From the NCBI GenBank assembly GCA_041398565.1, contig JAWKUN010000004.1, positions 16,951-80,950 on the forward strand: DNA of 64,000 nucleotides, read 5' to 3'. Source of the stretch: Planctomycetota bacterium. GTDB taxonomy: Bacteria > Planctomycetota > UBA1135 > UBA2386. The notes below the pieces were generated by a model. That model worked only from the letters and a program-made list of their open reading frames with translations, was not told the origin of the DNA and did no database searches. Shown piece after piece: positions 51,001 to 59,881 of the stretch. Made by a program: the position numbers and the translations under genes. Position 1 is the first letter of the stretch. Every line of letters begins with the position of its first letter.

Positions 51001-51629
51001 CCGGTGCGGGCGCTGTGGATCTGTGCGTTGTAGGCGTCGAGGAACTGCCCGAACGTCATCCTGCCGCAGTCCTTGATGTTCGGTACCACGAGCTGGCGGC
51101 CGCTGTCACGCTGCACGTCCACGGCCATCCCGAGGTTGATGGCGCCGACGGTGCGTCGGTGCGGCTTGCCGTCGATCTCGACGTACGCCACGGTCATCGC
51201 CGGGACACGCTGCAGCGCGCGCACCATCGCCCAGGCGACGAAGTGGGTGAAACTCGCCTTGCCCAGGTGCTGGGCGGCGAGATGGCGGTTGACGACGTGC
51301 CGGTTCTCCTCGAGCACCTTCACCGGGATGACGCGGGTCGACGTCGCCGTCGGCACCCGCAGGCTCTCCTCCATGTTGGTGACGATGCGCGCCGCGACCC
51401 CGCGCAGCGGCTCGATCCCCGCGGGCAGATCGACCGCCGGCGAGCGCACGGCGGGCGCGGCCGCAGCCGCGCCGTTGCCGCCGCCGAAGTGCTGTTCGAA
51501 GAAGTGTCGCCACTCCTCGGCCACCGACTGCGGCGCCTGGCGGTAGTCGGCGAAGAGCTTCTCGACGTAGCCGGCGTTGACGCCGAACAACGCTTCGAAG
51601 TCGATCGTCCGTGCGTCGTCGCCCATCAC
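48072..51629 (-). CDS. kgd: Multifunctional 2-oxoglutarate dehydrogenase/decarboxylase: E2-type acyltransferase catalytic domain fused to E1o (Kgd/OdhA-like)
   Basis: The N-terminal third has the E2 catalytic core, including 'TSTYDHRVIQGADSGEF' (DHRxxDG motif). The rest is E1o ('RGHNEGDEPSFTQP', 'GQGVVAE', 'LLLPHGYDGQGPEHSS'). The start is GTG 51629 or ATG 51626, and both overlap the infC stop. Confidence 0.92.
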   Translation of the reverse strand: MMGDDARTIDFEALFGVNAGYVEKLFADYRQAPQSVAEEWRHFFEQHFGGGNGAAAAAPAVRSPAVDLPAGIEPLRGVAARIVTNMEESLRVPTATSTRVIPVKVLEENRHVVNRHLAAQHLGKASFTHFVAWAMVRALQRVPAMTVAYVEIDGKPHRRTVGAINLGMAVDVQRDSGRQLVVPNIKDCGRMTFGQFLDAYNAQIHSARTGKLTPEDFRETTCTLTNPGPLGTVSSLPRLMSGQSFIFATGAIDVPAEYQGASESTLNELGVSRVMTVTSTYDHRVIQGADSGEFLAQMHALLTGADTSFYDEVFADLKIPFRPLGFMRDRRPAVGSPLRRQDDMERAARVLQYVRAYRVRGYLLANLDPLEYQIRSFPELEMSHYGLSLWDLDREFFTNNLAGKPIAKLREIHEVLHATYTRHVGVEFMHIADPEQKEWLRTRLEGTRFEDELPREVTLRVLDKLVEAEAFERFLHTRFVGHKRFSLEGCETVIPVLDALLNHAADAGIERAVLGMAHRGRLNVLAHILGKSLQRIFSEFEGHIDPKTTQGSGDVKYHLGSSSSYTTMSGKAIDVELASNPSHLEAVDPVVEGMARARQDQLGGDDRRAHVLPVLVHGDAAFAGQGVVAEILNMSQLRGYRTGGTVHIIVNNQIGYTTLPADARSTPFCTDVAKSIQAPVFHVNGDDPLSAVRCIRLALEYRQRFERDVVVDIVGYRRHGHNEGDEPSFTQPLMYKTIEAHRTVREIFQDFLVRAKVLQPDEVERFNEVLHDRYRTALKEVRDTSAPGTPLPRAEVREDDLAWEHATPAVATSELLELAQRLAQLPADFDPHDKVRSILDRRVKMAQGEQPVDFALAETLAFATLLRDGVPVRLAGQDSGRGTFSQRHSVLLDESNGHKYIPLNFLSDSQAKYVVVDSLLSEEAALGFEYGYSVAAPRGLTLWEAQFGDFCNGAQIQIDQFIAAGEAKWGQATSLVLLLPHGYDGQGPEHSSARLERFLQLCAEDNMRVAYPSTAGRYYHLLRRQALDPRRKPLVVMTPKSLLRDRAAGSAIDELGAGAFQAVVEDPVVERGSARRVILCTGKIYHELAAARREWDVRDVALVRVELLYPWPTAALRALFSTQPAAEVIWCQEEPANMGALRHARWHCDAIAAWVARRPSASPATGSLQAHKREQAELLERALRG

Positions 51630-52165
51630 TTCTTGGCCACGATCATCACCAGCCGCTTGCCCTCGAGGCGCGGCTCCCGCTCCACCTTGGCGATGTCCGA
51701 CAGGAACTCGAAGACATGCTTCATCACCTTCAGCGCCAGGTCCTGATGCATGATCTCGCGGCCGCGCAGCAAGCAGTTCACCTGCACCTTGTCGCCGGCC
51801 TCGAGGAACTCGCGCGCGTGCCGGATCTTCACCTGCATGTCGTGCTCGGCGATGCGCGGGCGCACGCGGACCTCCTTGAGCTGCGTCTGGTGCTGCTTGC
51901 GCCGGCTCGCCTGCTCCTTCTTCTTCAGCTCGTACTTGTACTTGCCGAAGTCCATGATCCGGCAGACCGGTGGCCGCTGGTTCGGGGCGATCTCGACCAG
52001 GTCGAGCCCCGATTCGTTGGCCATCTGCTGCGCCACCGCGGTTTCGAGCACCCCGAGCTGCCCGCCATCCGCGCCGATGACGCGAATCTGTCGAATCCGG
52101 ATCTGGTTGTTCACGCGCGGACCGGGGGGGCCACCGCGCCCGCGCGGACCGCTATCACGAGCCAT
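51626..52165 (-). CDS. infC: Translation initiation factor IF-3
   Basis: Pattern 'IRIRQIRVIGADGGQLGVL...ANESGLDLVEIAPNQRPPVCRIMDFGKYKYE...KEVRVRPRIAEHD...'. ATG at 52165 is preceded by AGAGGAAG. Confidence 0.9.
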   Translation of the reverse strand: MARDSGPRGRGGPPGPRVNNQIRIRQIRVIGADGGQLGVLETAVAQQMANESGLDLVEIAPNQRPPVCRIMDFGKYKYELKKKEQASRRKQHQTQLKEVRVRPRIAEHDMQVKIRHAREFLEAGDKVQVNCLLRGREIMHQDLALKVMKHVFEFLSDIAKVEREPRLEGKRLVMIVAKK

Positions 52166-52394
52166 ACTTCCTCTGCGACATGCTGTCTTCCTTTCTGTTG
52201 TAGGTTTCGTTGCACACGGGTGCGCGCGGACTCCGGTCCGGCGCAGAACGAGAGAACGAAGCGGGCCGCGAGTCTACCCGCCGCCGTCGCCGGCGTCAGC
52301 GCCAACCCGGCCTCCCTTGCGTCGGATAAACCCGCGCACGGGGGTGTCCGCGACGCCGGGTTGCTCGACACGACGCCCGGTGCGTTCTCGGAGC

Positions 52395-54332
52395 CTACGT
52401 GTGCGACACCACTTTCTGGCCGAGCGCCGCGGCGAGGTCCGTCACACTCAACTCGCCCAACTCGCCGTCGATGCGGTGGCGCACGCTGACCCCGCCGTTG
52501 GCCACCTCCTTGTCGCCGACGACGCCGACGAACGGCACCTTCTCTTCGTACAGGTGGTGCCGGATCTTGTTGCCGATCTTCTCCGGCCCGACGTCGGCCT
52601 CGACCCGGAAGCCCTGCGCGCGCAGTTCCCCGGCGATCTCTTCCGCGCGCGCGGCGTGGCGCTCGCCGACCGCCAGCAACGACATCTGCACCGGCGCCAG
52701 CCAGGTAGGGAACGAGCCGCCGTAGTGCTCGACCAACACGCCGAAGAAGCGCTCGAGGGAGCCGAGCAGCGCTCGGTGCACCATCACCGGGCGCGTGAAC
52801 GACCCGTCCTTGTCGACGAAGGTCAAGTCGAAGCGCTCGGGTAGGTTGAAGTCAGCCTGCACGGTCGAGCACTGCCAGTAGCGACCGAGGCTGTCCTTGA
52901 TCTTGACGTCGATCTTGGGGCCGTAGAAGGCCCCGCCACCCTCGTCGACCTCGTACGGCAGACCCAGCTTGTCGAGCGTCTTGCGCAGTGCGCTGGTCGC
53001 CGCGTCCCACATCGCGTCGGTACCCACCGACTTGGCCGGCCGCGTCGCCAGCATCAGGTGGAAGTCCTTGAAGCCGAACGACTGCAGGATGTGCAGCACG
53101 AAATCCATCACCCGCCCGATCTCCGCATCGAGCTGATCGGGCCGCATGAACAGATGCGCGTCGTCCTGGGTGAAGCCGCGCACGCGCAAGAGCCCGTGCA
53201 GGGCGCCGGCGTTCTCGTAGCGGTACACCGTGCCCAGCTCTGCCCAGCGGAACGGCAGCTCGCGGTACGAGCGGCGCTTGCTCTTGAAGATCTGCACGTG
53301 GAACGGGCAGTTCATCGGCTTGAGCAGGTACTCCATGCCGTCGATGTCGATCGGCGAGTACATGCTCTCCTTGTAGAAGTCGAGGTGGCCGCTGGTCTGC
53401 CACATCGTGCTGCGCGCCACGTGCGGCGAGTACACGATGTCGTAGCCGCCCTGGAGGTGCTCGTTGCGCCAGAACTCCTCGATCTTGTGCCGCACGAAAC
53501 CGCCCTTGGGGTGCCACAGCACCAGGCCGGCGCCGAGGTCGCCCATGGTCGAGAACAGGTCGAGGTCCTTGCCGAGGCGCCGGTGGTCGCGCTTCGCTGC
53601 CTCTTCCAGGTTCTTGCGGTGCGTCTCCATCGCCTCCTTGTCGGCGAAGGCGTGGCCGTAGACGCGGGTGAGCATCTTGTTGTGCGCGTCGTCGCCGAAG
53701 TAGGCACCGGCCAGCGCCAGCACCGCCACCCCCTGGCCGATGCGCCCGGTCGACGGCACGTGCGGGCCCCGGCACAGGTCGACGAAGTCGCCGCTGCGGT
53801 AGAAGCTGATCTCGTCGTCGGACGGGATCTTGTCGATGGTGGCGACCTTGTAGTCCTCGCCGTTCGCGACCATGAGCGCGCGCGCGTCGGCGCGCGGCAG
53901 ACTCTCGCGCACGAACGGGTGGTCGGCGGCGATGATCTCGCCCATGAGCTTCTCGATCTCGGGCAAGTCGTCCGGCGCCAGCGGCCGGTCGCCGACATCG
54001 ATGTCGTAGTAGAAGCCGTAGCGCGGATCCTCGATGGCCGGCCCCTTCCACAGCTTGGCCTGCGGCCGCAGGCGCTTCACGGCGTCGGCCATCACGTGCG
54101 CCGCCGAGTGCCGGATCACCTCGAGCCCCGCGGGTTGGTCGCGGGTGATGATCTCGACCCGGCCCGACGTCAGCGGCACCTGCAGACTGCGCACCTCGCC
54201 ATCGACGCGGATCGCCACCGCGTTCTTGGCGAGCTTCTTGCTGATGCCCTCTGCGAGTTGCAGGCCCGTGGTGCCGGCCGCGAAGTCGCGGGTCGCACCG
54301 TCGGGGAAGGTGATGTGGATCGAGTCGGCCAT
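52395..54332 (-). CDS. thrS: Threonyl-tRNA synthetase
   Basis: ATG at 54332 (verified). TGS domain 'ITFPDG...', editing-domain 'HSAAHVMA', class II core 'FRWAELGTVYRYE' and 'RGFTQDDAHLF', and the anticodon-binding tail. Confidence 0.95.
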   Translation of the reverse strand: MADSIHITFPDGATRDFAAGTTGLQLAEGISKKLAKNAVAIRVDGEVRSLQVPLTSGRVEIITRDQPAGLEVIRHSAAHVMADAVKRLRPQAKLWKGPAIEDPRYGFYYDIDVGDRPLAPDDLPEIEKLMGEIIAADHPFVRESLPRADARALMVANGEDYKVATIDKIPSDDEISFYRSGDFVDLCRGPHVPSTGRIGQGVAVLALAGAYFGDDAHNKMLTRVYGHAFADKEAMETHRKNLEEAAKRDHRRLGKDLDLFSTMGDLGAGLVLWHPKGGFVRHKIEEFWRNEHLQGGYDIVYSPHVARSTMWQTSGHLDFYKESMYSPIDIDGMEYLLKPMNCPFHVQIFKSKRRSYRELPFRWAELGTVYRYENAGALHGLLRVRGFTQDDAHLFMRPDQLDAEIGRVMDFVLHILQSFGFKDFHLMLATRPAKSVGTDAMWDAATSALRKTLDKLGLPYEVDEGGGAFYGPKIDVKIKDSLGRYWQCSTVQADFNLPERFDLTFVDKDGSFTRPVMVHRALLGSLERFFGVLVEHYGGSFPTWLAPVQMSLLAVGERHAARAEEIAGELRAQGFRVEADVGPEKIGNKIRHHLYEEKVPFVGVVGDKEVANGGVSVRHRIDGELGELSVTDLAAALGQKVVSHT

Positions 54333-54649
54333 CGGCGGGGCGGAGATTATGCCGTCGCGGCGCGAGGCGCGAGGGTGTCTTGGCTGGATCGGACGGCAAC
54401 GGCCGGGCGCGGCGCGCCGCTCGAGGGCGCTCCGACGCAGCCTGCGGCCGCACCAAAGGTGCGAGTCGGCGCTGCGCGCCGACCAGAGAGGGCCGCAGGC
54501 CGCTCTATTGCCTGGGGCTTCCAGTGCTGCTCGGGCGTGGCGAACCCGGCACTGTCACGAATCGCACGTCCTGCAGATTCCGCGCGCGCCGCGAGGATTC
54601 GCAGCACTTCCAGCCCACCATGCACCTCGACAGTCGACGCACGGCTCTT

Positions 54650-55600
54650 TCACCGCTGCGCGACGACCGTCAGGGTCTGCACGCCAGCGTCGGCTTCGAC
54701 CTCGAATTCGCTCGGCGTCAGTGTGATCGGCGCGGACGCCGTCGGCCTCGGCGAGCTCGGCCGGTCGCCTGCCGCCTCGAGCCGCAGGCGGTACCGGCCC
54801 GGGTGCAAGGGCGGTGTCGTGAGACGACCGCCGTCGTCACACTGGCCCCAGATCCGCGCCGCCCCCCGTGCCCGACGCTCGACCTGCGTTGCAGGTGCCA
54901 GGCACTCGAAGCACAGGCGAGCGCCGGGCAACGGGTCGCGCACGGTGTCGCGCACGGTGACCTGCACGCGAGTGCCGGGCAGCAGCTCGAGCGTGCCGAG
55001 TTCGATGTCCTCCTCTCGGTCCAACTCTTCGAGAGGGCACTCCATGGGCACCCACTCGCTGGCGACGAGGCGAAGCACGGCCGCGTCCGGCGGTGCCGGC
55101 GCTCGCACGACGAAACGCCCGTCGCCGCCGGTGAGGGTCGTCGCGAGCGGATCCGGCGGTGGCGCCGCGCTGGCCTCCGGTCCGTCCGCCGCAGCCAGTT
55201 CGACGACGCAGCCGGCCACGGGTTCGCCCGTCGGGCCGACGACGGTTCCACGAAGCACGACCCCGGCCCGCGCCGGCGTTGGTGTGGCGGGTGGCGTCCC
55301 CGGGCCGCCGAGCTCGACCTCGGGCGCGTGCAGCAGCGTCCGCAGCCCCAACCCGGCGGCCAGGCCAACCGCGAGCGCCGCGGCCGACAGGACCATGGCG
55401 CGCGTGAGACGCGCATCTCGGACCGTCGGCCGCGGGCGGTCGGATGCGGTGCGGGGCGGAGGCGTCGTCGGTCCCATTCGTCCACTATCCGCGATGGCGG
55501 GCGACGGGGTCGCCGCCATCGCGCCCAGCGTTGCAGCGGATGGAGTCAGACTCCACCGCTGAACGCTGGGCCGGCGGACGCCAGCGGTCGGCCACTCCAC
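54650..55600 (-). CDS. Membrane-anchored protein with two carboxypeptidase-regulatory-like (CarboxypepD_reg) beta-sandwich domains, putative
   Basis: TM/anchor 'AMVLSAAALAVGLAAGLGL'. Motifs 'LRGTVVGPTGEPVAGCVVEL...TLTGGDGRFVV' and 'TRVQVTVRDTVRDPLPGARL...DDGGRLT...LHPGRYRLRL'. The start is uncertain (GTG at 55600, internal ATGs). Confidence 0.5.
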   Translation of the reverse strand: MEWPTAGVRRPSVQRWSLTPSAATLGAMAATPSPAIADSGRMGPTTPPPRTASDRPRPTVRDARLTRAMVLSAAALAVGLAAGLGLRTLLHAPEVELGGPGTPPATPTPARAGVVLRGTVVGPTGEPVAGCVVELAAADGPEASAAPPPDPLATTLTGGDGRFVVRAPAPPDAAVLRLVASEWVPMECPLEELDREEDIELGTLELLPGTRVQVTVRDTVRDPLPGARLCFECLAPATQVERRARGAARIWGQCDDGGRLTTPPLHPGRYRLRLEAAGDRPSSPRPTASAPITLTPSEFEVEADAGVQTLTVVAQR

Positions 55601-55741
55601 GCAGCGCCACCAACTCAGCAGCCTCTAGTGCAAGGCCGAGCCTGCCCCATCGTCGTAGACCGGTGCCCCCAAGTGCCAAGGCCGCATCCCACGGGCCGCG
55701 GCGACCGCACTTGGTCTGCAGAACCGCGTCCGCCAAACTCG

Positions 55742-57148
55742 ATGACTGTCGCAGCCATGGAGACCCGGGACCCCGTCATCTCTCCCCGCCCGAACTCGGT
55801 CGAGGCCGACGCCAGCCAGGGGACTGCCGGCACCCGGGCCGTCGGACACGCCCCCGGGTCGCGGCTGCTGTGGCAGCTCGGCGCCGCGCTCGTCCTTCTC
55901 CTGGCGGCCTACGTCGGCATCGGCCGCTGGCGCGGGCAGCTCCAGTGGGAGCGGTTCCGTCGCGAGGCGGCCGCGGTCGAAGGCTCCCTCGAGGCGCGCG
56001 AGCCGTCGCGCCCGGTCCTGTGGGGTGAGGCGCAGGACGGCTCGGCGTGGACGTGCTACGCGCGCGCCCTGGCGCTCATGCCACCTGGCGACGCGGGTCA
56101 TACCCTGGCGAGTCTCGGTCGCCAGGCGGGGGCGGCGCTGTCTGCCGGGCTCGGTGATGGCGCGCCCGGAAGAGCGGACGAGACGCCGCCGACCGCGACG
56201 CCTGCCTCGCCGGCCAGCCCCGGGGGCCCCGAGGGTGCCGGATTGCCGCGCCTCGAAGAAGTGCTCGCCAGCCACCGAGACGCCCTGGTGGCGCTGCGCG
56301 AGGGTGCGCACCGTCGGGACCCGCGCCGGCCCGCGGACTGGGCCGCGGGCTTCAACATGCCCGTCCTGAACCTGTTGCAGGACCGGGCCCTGGCCAACGC
56401 GGCGGTCGTCGCGGCGATCGCGGCGACTCGCGACGGCCGCCACGTCGAGGCCGTGCACCTGCTCCTCGACGGTTTGCAGCTCGGCCGCGACCGCATGCAG
56501 TCGCCGGTCCTCATCGAGCAGATGGTCGGCTGCGCGACGCTGACGATCGTGTGCGCCGACACGCTGGCGTGGGCGAACCTCCTGCGGCACCTGGACGGTG
56601 ACGCGCTGGCCCTCTTCGCCGACGGCCTGGCTCGCCTCGATGCCTCGCTGCCGCTGGGTTCCGACTGGCTCGCCAGCGAGACCGTCTACTTCGCCCACCA
56701 CATCGACGGCACCCCTGCTGCCCGGGACGAGCTGTTGGGCGACCTGACTTGGAGGTCCTGGAAGAGCGGCTTCTCGCCGCGCCTGCTCCTGGCCAACTAC
56801 GGGCTCGCGCGCCTGCGCCTGGCGTGCGACGTGCAGGGCATGTCGCGGCGCGCGGACGCTCTCGAGCTCGGCTCCATCGAGCGACGCTTCGCCGACTTCC
56901 GGCACGGGAGGTCCTCCGTCCCAGGGCTCGACCTCCCCCACGTCGAGTCGACGCTGCGCAACCGCCTGCACACGATCGCGCGGGTGCGCCTCCTGCGCAT
57001 GGCGACGCAGTACGCGCGCGGCGCCGAGGTCGAAGCCCTGTCCGACCCCGTCGGCGGCACCCTGCAGTGGGCGGTCGACAGCGGCGGCGAAGCTGCGTTC
57101 TGGAGCGACGACGATCCCCGAGTACGGTTGACCGTCCGCCCCCGGTGA
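55742..57148 (+). CDS. Hypothetical membrane-anchored helical protein
   Basis: ATG at 55742. One transmembrane segment 'LLWQLGAALVLLLAAYVGI'. The remainder is coding-like and Ala/Leu/Arg-rich, with no recognised family. Confidence 0.5.
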   Translation: MTVAAMETRDPVISPRPNSVEADASQGTAGTRAVGHAPGSRLLWQLGAALVLLLAAYVGIGRWRGQLQWERFRREAAAVEGSLEAREPSRPVLWGEAQDGSAWTCYARALALMPPGDAGHTLASLGRQAGAALSAGLGDGAPGRADETPPTATPASPASPGGPEGAGLPRLEEVLASHRDALVALREGAHRRDPRRPADWAAGFNMPVLNLLQDRALANAAVVAAIAATRDGRHVEAVHLLLDGLQLGRDRMQSPVLIEQMVGCATLTIVCADTLAWANLLRHLDGDALALFADGLARLDASLPLGSDWLASETVYFAHHIDGTPAARDELLGDLTWRSWKSGFSPRLLLANYGLARLRLACDVQGMSRRADALELGSIERRFADFRHGRSSVPGLDLPHVESTLRNRLHTIARVRLLRMATQYARGAEVEALSDPVGGTLQWAVDSGGEAAFWSDDDPRVRLTVRPR

Positions 57149-57342
57149 CCGTCCCCTGACGCGGACGTCGACATCGAGCCCGTGCGGACGGCCCGCGGAA
57201 CGCGACCGAGCCGTCGCCGAGGTCACGCGTCGGAGCGAAACCCTGCCCCCGAGGGCTCCGGCCGGATGCTATGCTCTCCGCCCTGCCTCGCCTCGGCACC
57301 CGCAACGGTGCCGCCCGTTCCCCTGCAAACACCCGTAGCTCG

Positions 57343-58755
57343 ATGCGAACTCTCTCTGCCTTGGCCCTGCTGGCCTGCGCCCTCCCCGCTCAGATCCGCA
57401 ACGCGCAGTTGCTCGGATCCTTCAACCCCGGACACAGCTCGAACGACATCTGGGGTTACCGCGACCCGACCACGGGCAAGGAGTACGCGCTGTTCCTGAC
57501 GACGCGCGGCACCTACGTGATGGACTGCACCACCGGCACCCCGATCCAGCGCGGCTTCTTCTCCGGGCCCAACTCCAGCTGGCGCGACGCCAAGACCTGG
57601 GGCCAGTATGCGTACATCGTCACCGAGGGTGGCGGCGGCATGCAGATCCTCGACCTCGGCACCCCCGACACGCCGGCCCTGATCGGCACCTGGGGCTCGT
57701 CGTTTTGGGGCAACGCCCACAACATCTGCATCGACGAGGGCGTCGGCATCGCCTACGTGTGCGGCACCAACGTGGGGACGGTCATCATCGACCTGCGCCA
57801 GAACCCGACCAACCCGACTCGCATCGGCACCTTCGGTTCGCCCTACATCCACGACCTGCAGGTGCAGAACGGCTACGCACACATGTGCGACATCTACGGC
57901 AACAACTACCTGATCGGCAACGTCAGCAATCCGGCGACGATCACGGTGGTCGGCCAGATCCGCGCGCCTGGCACGCGCTACTTCCACAACGTGTGGGCCA
58001 CGCGCGACGACAACTACGCGGCCGGCACCAACGAGACCTCCGGCGGTCCGGTGTCGATCTACGACATCCGCAACAAGAGCTTGCCCCTGCAGATCGCCAC
58101 GATCCACCCGGCGCCGTCGACGGCCATCGTGCACAACACGCACATGCGCGACCGCGTGTGCCACATCTCCTACTACACCGAGGGCTACGTCGGCATCGAC
58201 CTGTCGAGCCCCGCCAATCCGGTGGTGGTCGGCCAGTACGACACCTACCCCGGGGCGAGCAGCAGCTACCACGGCGCGTGGGGCTGCTATCCGTTCCAGC
58301 CGTCCGGCATCGTCTACATCAGTGACATCGAAACCGGCCTGTACGTGATCCGTCCCACCGCCTCGGTGGCGCGCTACGGCACCGACACCGCCGGCGGCAG
58401 CGGCGCGCGGCCCAAGATCTACGGCTTCGGCTCGGCCTACCTCGGCAACGCCAACTTCGGCCTCGAGGTCGAGGCGGCGCCGGCCAGCGCACCGGGCGTG
58501 TTGCTGCTCAACTCGGGGCGCGCCAACGTCAACGTGGCCGGCCTGCAGCTCAACGTCGACCCGTTCGGCGGCGTGCCAGTCCTCGTCGCCATCAACACCG
58601 ACGCCGCCGGCAAGGCGTCGCTGCCGCTGCCGGTGCCCAACCTGTCGCACCTCGACGGCTCCACCCTGAACGCCCAGGCCTTCGTCTACGACGTCGGTGG
58701 ACCGCTGAACATGGGCGCGAGCCAGGGGCTCGAGTTCAACCTGTTCGTGCGCTGA
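57343..58755 (+). CDS. Secreted LVIVD-repeat beta-propeller protein ('choice-of-anchor B'-like) with the same C-terminal domain type as the Kelch protein
   Basis: ATG at 57343 gives the signal 'MRTLSALALLACALPAQ'. Repeats 'YAYIVTEGGGGMQILDL', 'IAYVCGTNVGTVIIDL', 'VSIYDI', 'GYVGIDL' and 'IVYISDIETGLYVI'. Confidence 0.7.
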   Translation: MRTLSALALLACALPAQIRNAQLLGSFNPGHSSNDIWGYRDPTTGKEYALFLTTRGTYVMDCTTGTPIQRGFFSGPNSSWRDAKTWGQYAYIVTEGGGGMQILDLGTPDTPALIGTWGSSFWGNAHNICIDEGVGIAYVCGTNVGTVIIDLRQNPTNPTRIGTFGSPYIHDLQVQNGYAHMCDIYGNNYLIGNVSNPATITVVGQIRAPGTRYFHNVWATRDDNYAAGTNETSGGPVSIYDIRNKSLPLQIATIHPAPSTAIVHNTHMRDRVCHISYYTEGYVGIDLSSPANPVVVGQYDTYPGASSSYHGAWGCYPFQPSGIVYISDIETGLYVIRPTASVARYGTDTAGGSGARPKIYGFGSAYLGNANFGLEVEAAPASAPGVLLLNSGRANVNVAGLQLNVDPFGGVPVLVAINTDAAGKASLPLPVPNLSHLDGSTLNAQAFVYDVGGPLNMGASQGLEFNLFVR

Positions 58756-58776
58756 ACCTGCCTGGCGCCGTGGGTT

Positions 58777-58798
58777 GCCCGCCGCCGTAGCGGCGGGC
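58777..58798 (+). terminator. GC hairpin downstream of the propeller gene (candidate terminator, no U-tract)
   Basis: GCCCGCCGC-cgta-GCGGCGGGC: a perfect 9-bp stem starting 22 nt after the stop at 58753-58755. Confidence 0.4.
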
Positions 58799-58830
58799 CC
58801 CTGCGCCGGCTCCATTCCTGGGCGTGGCTG

Positions 58831-58870
58831 GCGATCGCCTTCGCGATCGCGACGCCTTCGCGATCGCGAG
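58831..58870. repeat. Tandem 17-nt repeat carrying GCGATCGC cores and 12-bp perfect palindromes
   Basis: CGCCTTCGCGATCGCGA occurs twice in perfect tandem (58836-58852, 58853-58869), preceded by a partial copy. GCGATCGC occurs at 58831, 58843 and 58860. TCGCGATCGCGA is palindromic. Confidence 0.7.
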
Positions 58871-58873
58871 CCT

Positions 58874-59650
58874 TCAGGCGATGCCGATGATCATGCCGGC
58901 CCACAGCGACAGGCCGCCGGCCGGGTTCAGGTGGATCACCTTCTGGTTGCGCGCGTCGTAGATGCCGTCACGCGTGTTGAGGGTGCGGCCGGCCGAGCCC
59001 CGCTGGGTGTACGGCGCGATGTTGTCGTAGACCAACGTCGTCAGAGGGTCGTCGAAGTAGGTCTGCGTGGTGAGCACGGTGCTGTTCTGCAGGTGCACCT
59101 TGACGTGCACGTGGGTGGCACGACCCGGGTACCAGCCGGGGTAGAGGGTCCTGAACGCGACGAGACCGTTGCCGTCGGTGGTCTGCCCCCCGCGCATCCA
59201 GGTCTGGCCGGCAGTGCCCTGCTGCGAGAAGCCGGAGTAGACGCCGAGGGCTTCCGCATGCCAGACGTCGACCACGGCGCCGGCGGCCGGCGAGCAATCG
59301 GCGTGCACCACCAGGTAGAAGAGCCACAGCTCGAGGCCCGGTCGCCCCTCGGTGATGTCCTGCCGCGTCAGCCGGTTGTTGAGGTAGTAGGGACCTTCGG
59401 TCTGCTGGGGCGTGAGAGTGCACACGCGCCCGAGAACCGCCGACGGAGCGCCGATCCGAGTCAGCAGGGGCTGCAGACCGGCCGGGGCGCCGGCCCCGAC
59501 CTGCGTGGCGCGCGCGGCAGCCGCGAGTTGCGTCGGGGTGAGCGAACCGGCGAGGGCCGCACCCGCGCCCGCCAGGCCGACGCCACGCAAGAGCTGGCGA
59601 CGGTCGACGGCTGGGGTCTGGGAGTCAGGGGGGAGGAAGTCGTTGTTCAT
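58874..59650 (-). CDS. Tat-exported intradiol ring-cleavage dioxygenase-family protein
   Basis: ATG at 59650 (verified). Twin-arginine signal 'DRRQLLRGVGLAGAGA'. Pattern 'TEGPYY...GRPGLELWLFYLVVHADC.PAAGAVVDVWHA...YPGWYPGRATHVHVKVH'. Confidence 0.8.
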   Translation of the reverse strand: MNNDFLPPDSQTPAVDRRQLLRGVGLAGAGAALAGSLTPTQLAAAARATQVGAGAPAGLQPLLTRIGAPSAVLGRVCTLTPQQTEGPYYLNNRLTRQDITEGRPGLELWLFYLVVHADCSPAAGAVVDVWHAEALGVYSGFSQQGTAGQTWMRGGQTTDGNGLVAFRTLYPGWYPGRATHVHVKVHLQNSTVLTTQTYFDDPLTTLVYDNIAPYTQRGSAGRTLNTRDGIYDARNQKVIHLNPAGGLSLWAGMIIGIA

Positions 59651-59881
59651 GCCTGGGTCTGGGAAACGCCCGCGGTCGCATGCCGGAGCGTAGGGAGTTC
59701 CGGCCGGAGCGCGCCTTTCGCGGGAGATTCTCTGGGGAGATGTCCTGGGTCCCGAATCGGCGCCGGCCACCCAACGCCGCCCACTCCCGGACCCCACGGG
59801 GCGGCGCGGCCCGAGCACCCCGCGCCGATGTCCGACCCCGCGCCTCTGGCGCCGGGCCGGCCACCGTGCTTCGCTGCTCGC

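Noticed and set aside
48189-51746. 1185-aa ORF antisense to the Kgd/OdhA-like gene
   Set aside because: Exact mirror of a highly recognisable E1o enzyme, with no motifs of its own.
52166-52394. Expected atypical (AUU-type) infC start and autoregulatory leader
   Set aside because: Here a normal ATG (52165) with a good Shine-Dalgarno (AGAGGAAG) opens the IF-3 frame. I found no better-supported upstream non-AUG start. The AT-richer stretch looks like an ordinary promoter or leader.
54333-54649. thrS leader examined for a T-box or tRNA-mimic operator; also the small ORF 54347..54625 (-)
   Set aside because: No T-box consensus (AGGGUGGNACCGCG-like) was seen on the thrS strand. The 92-aa ORF is Ala/Arg/Pro-rich with no start context. 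Structure cannot be assessed reliably by eye.
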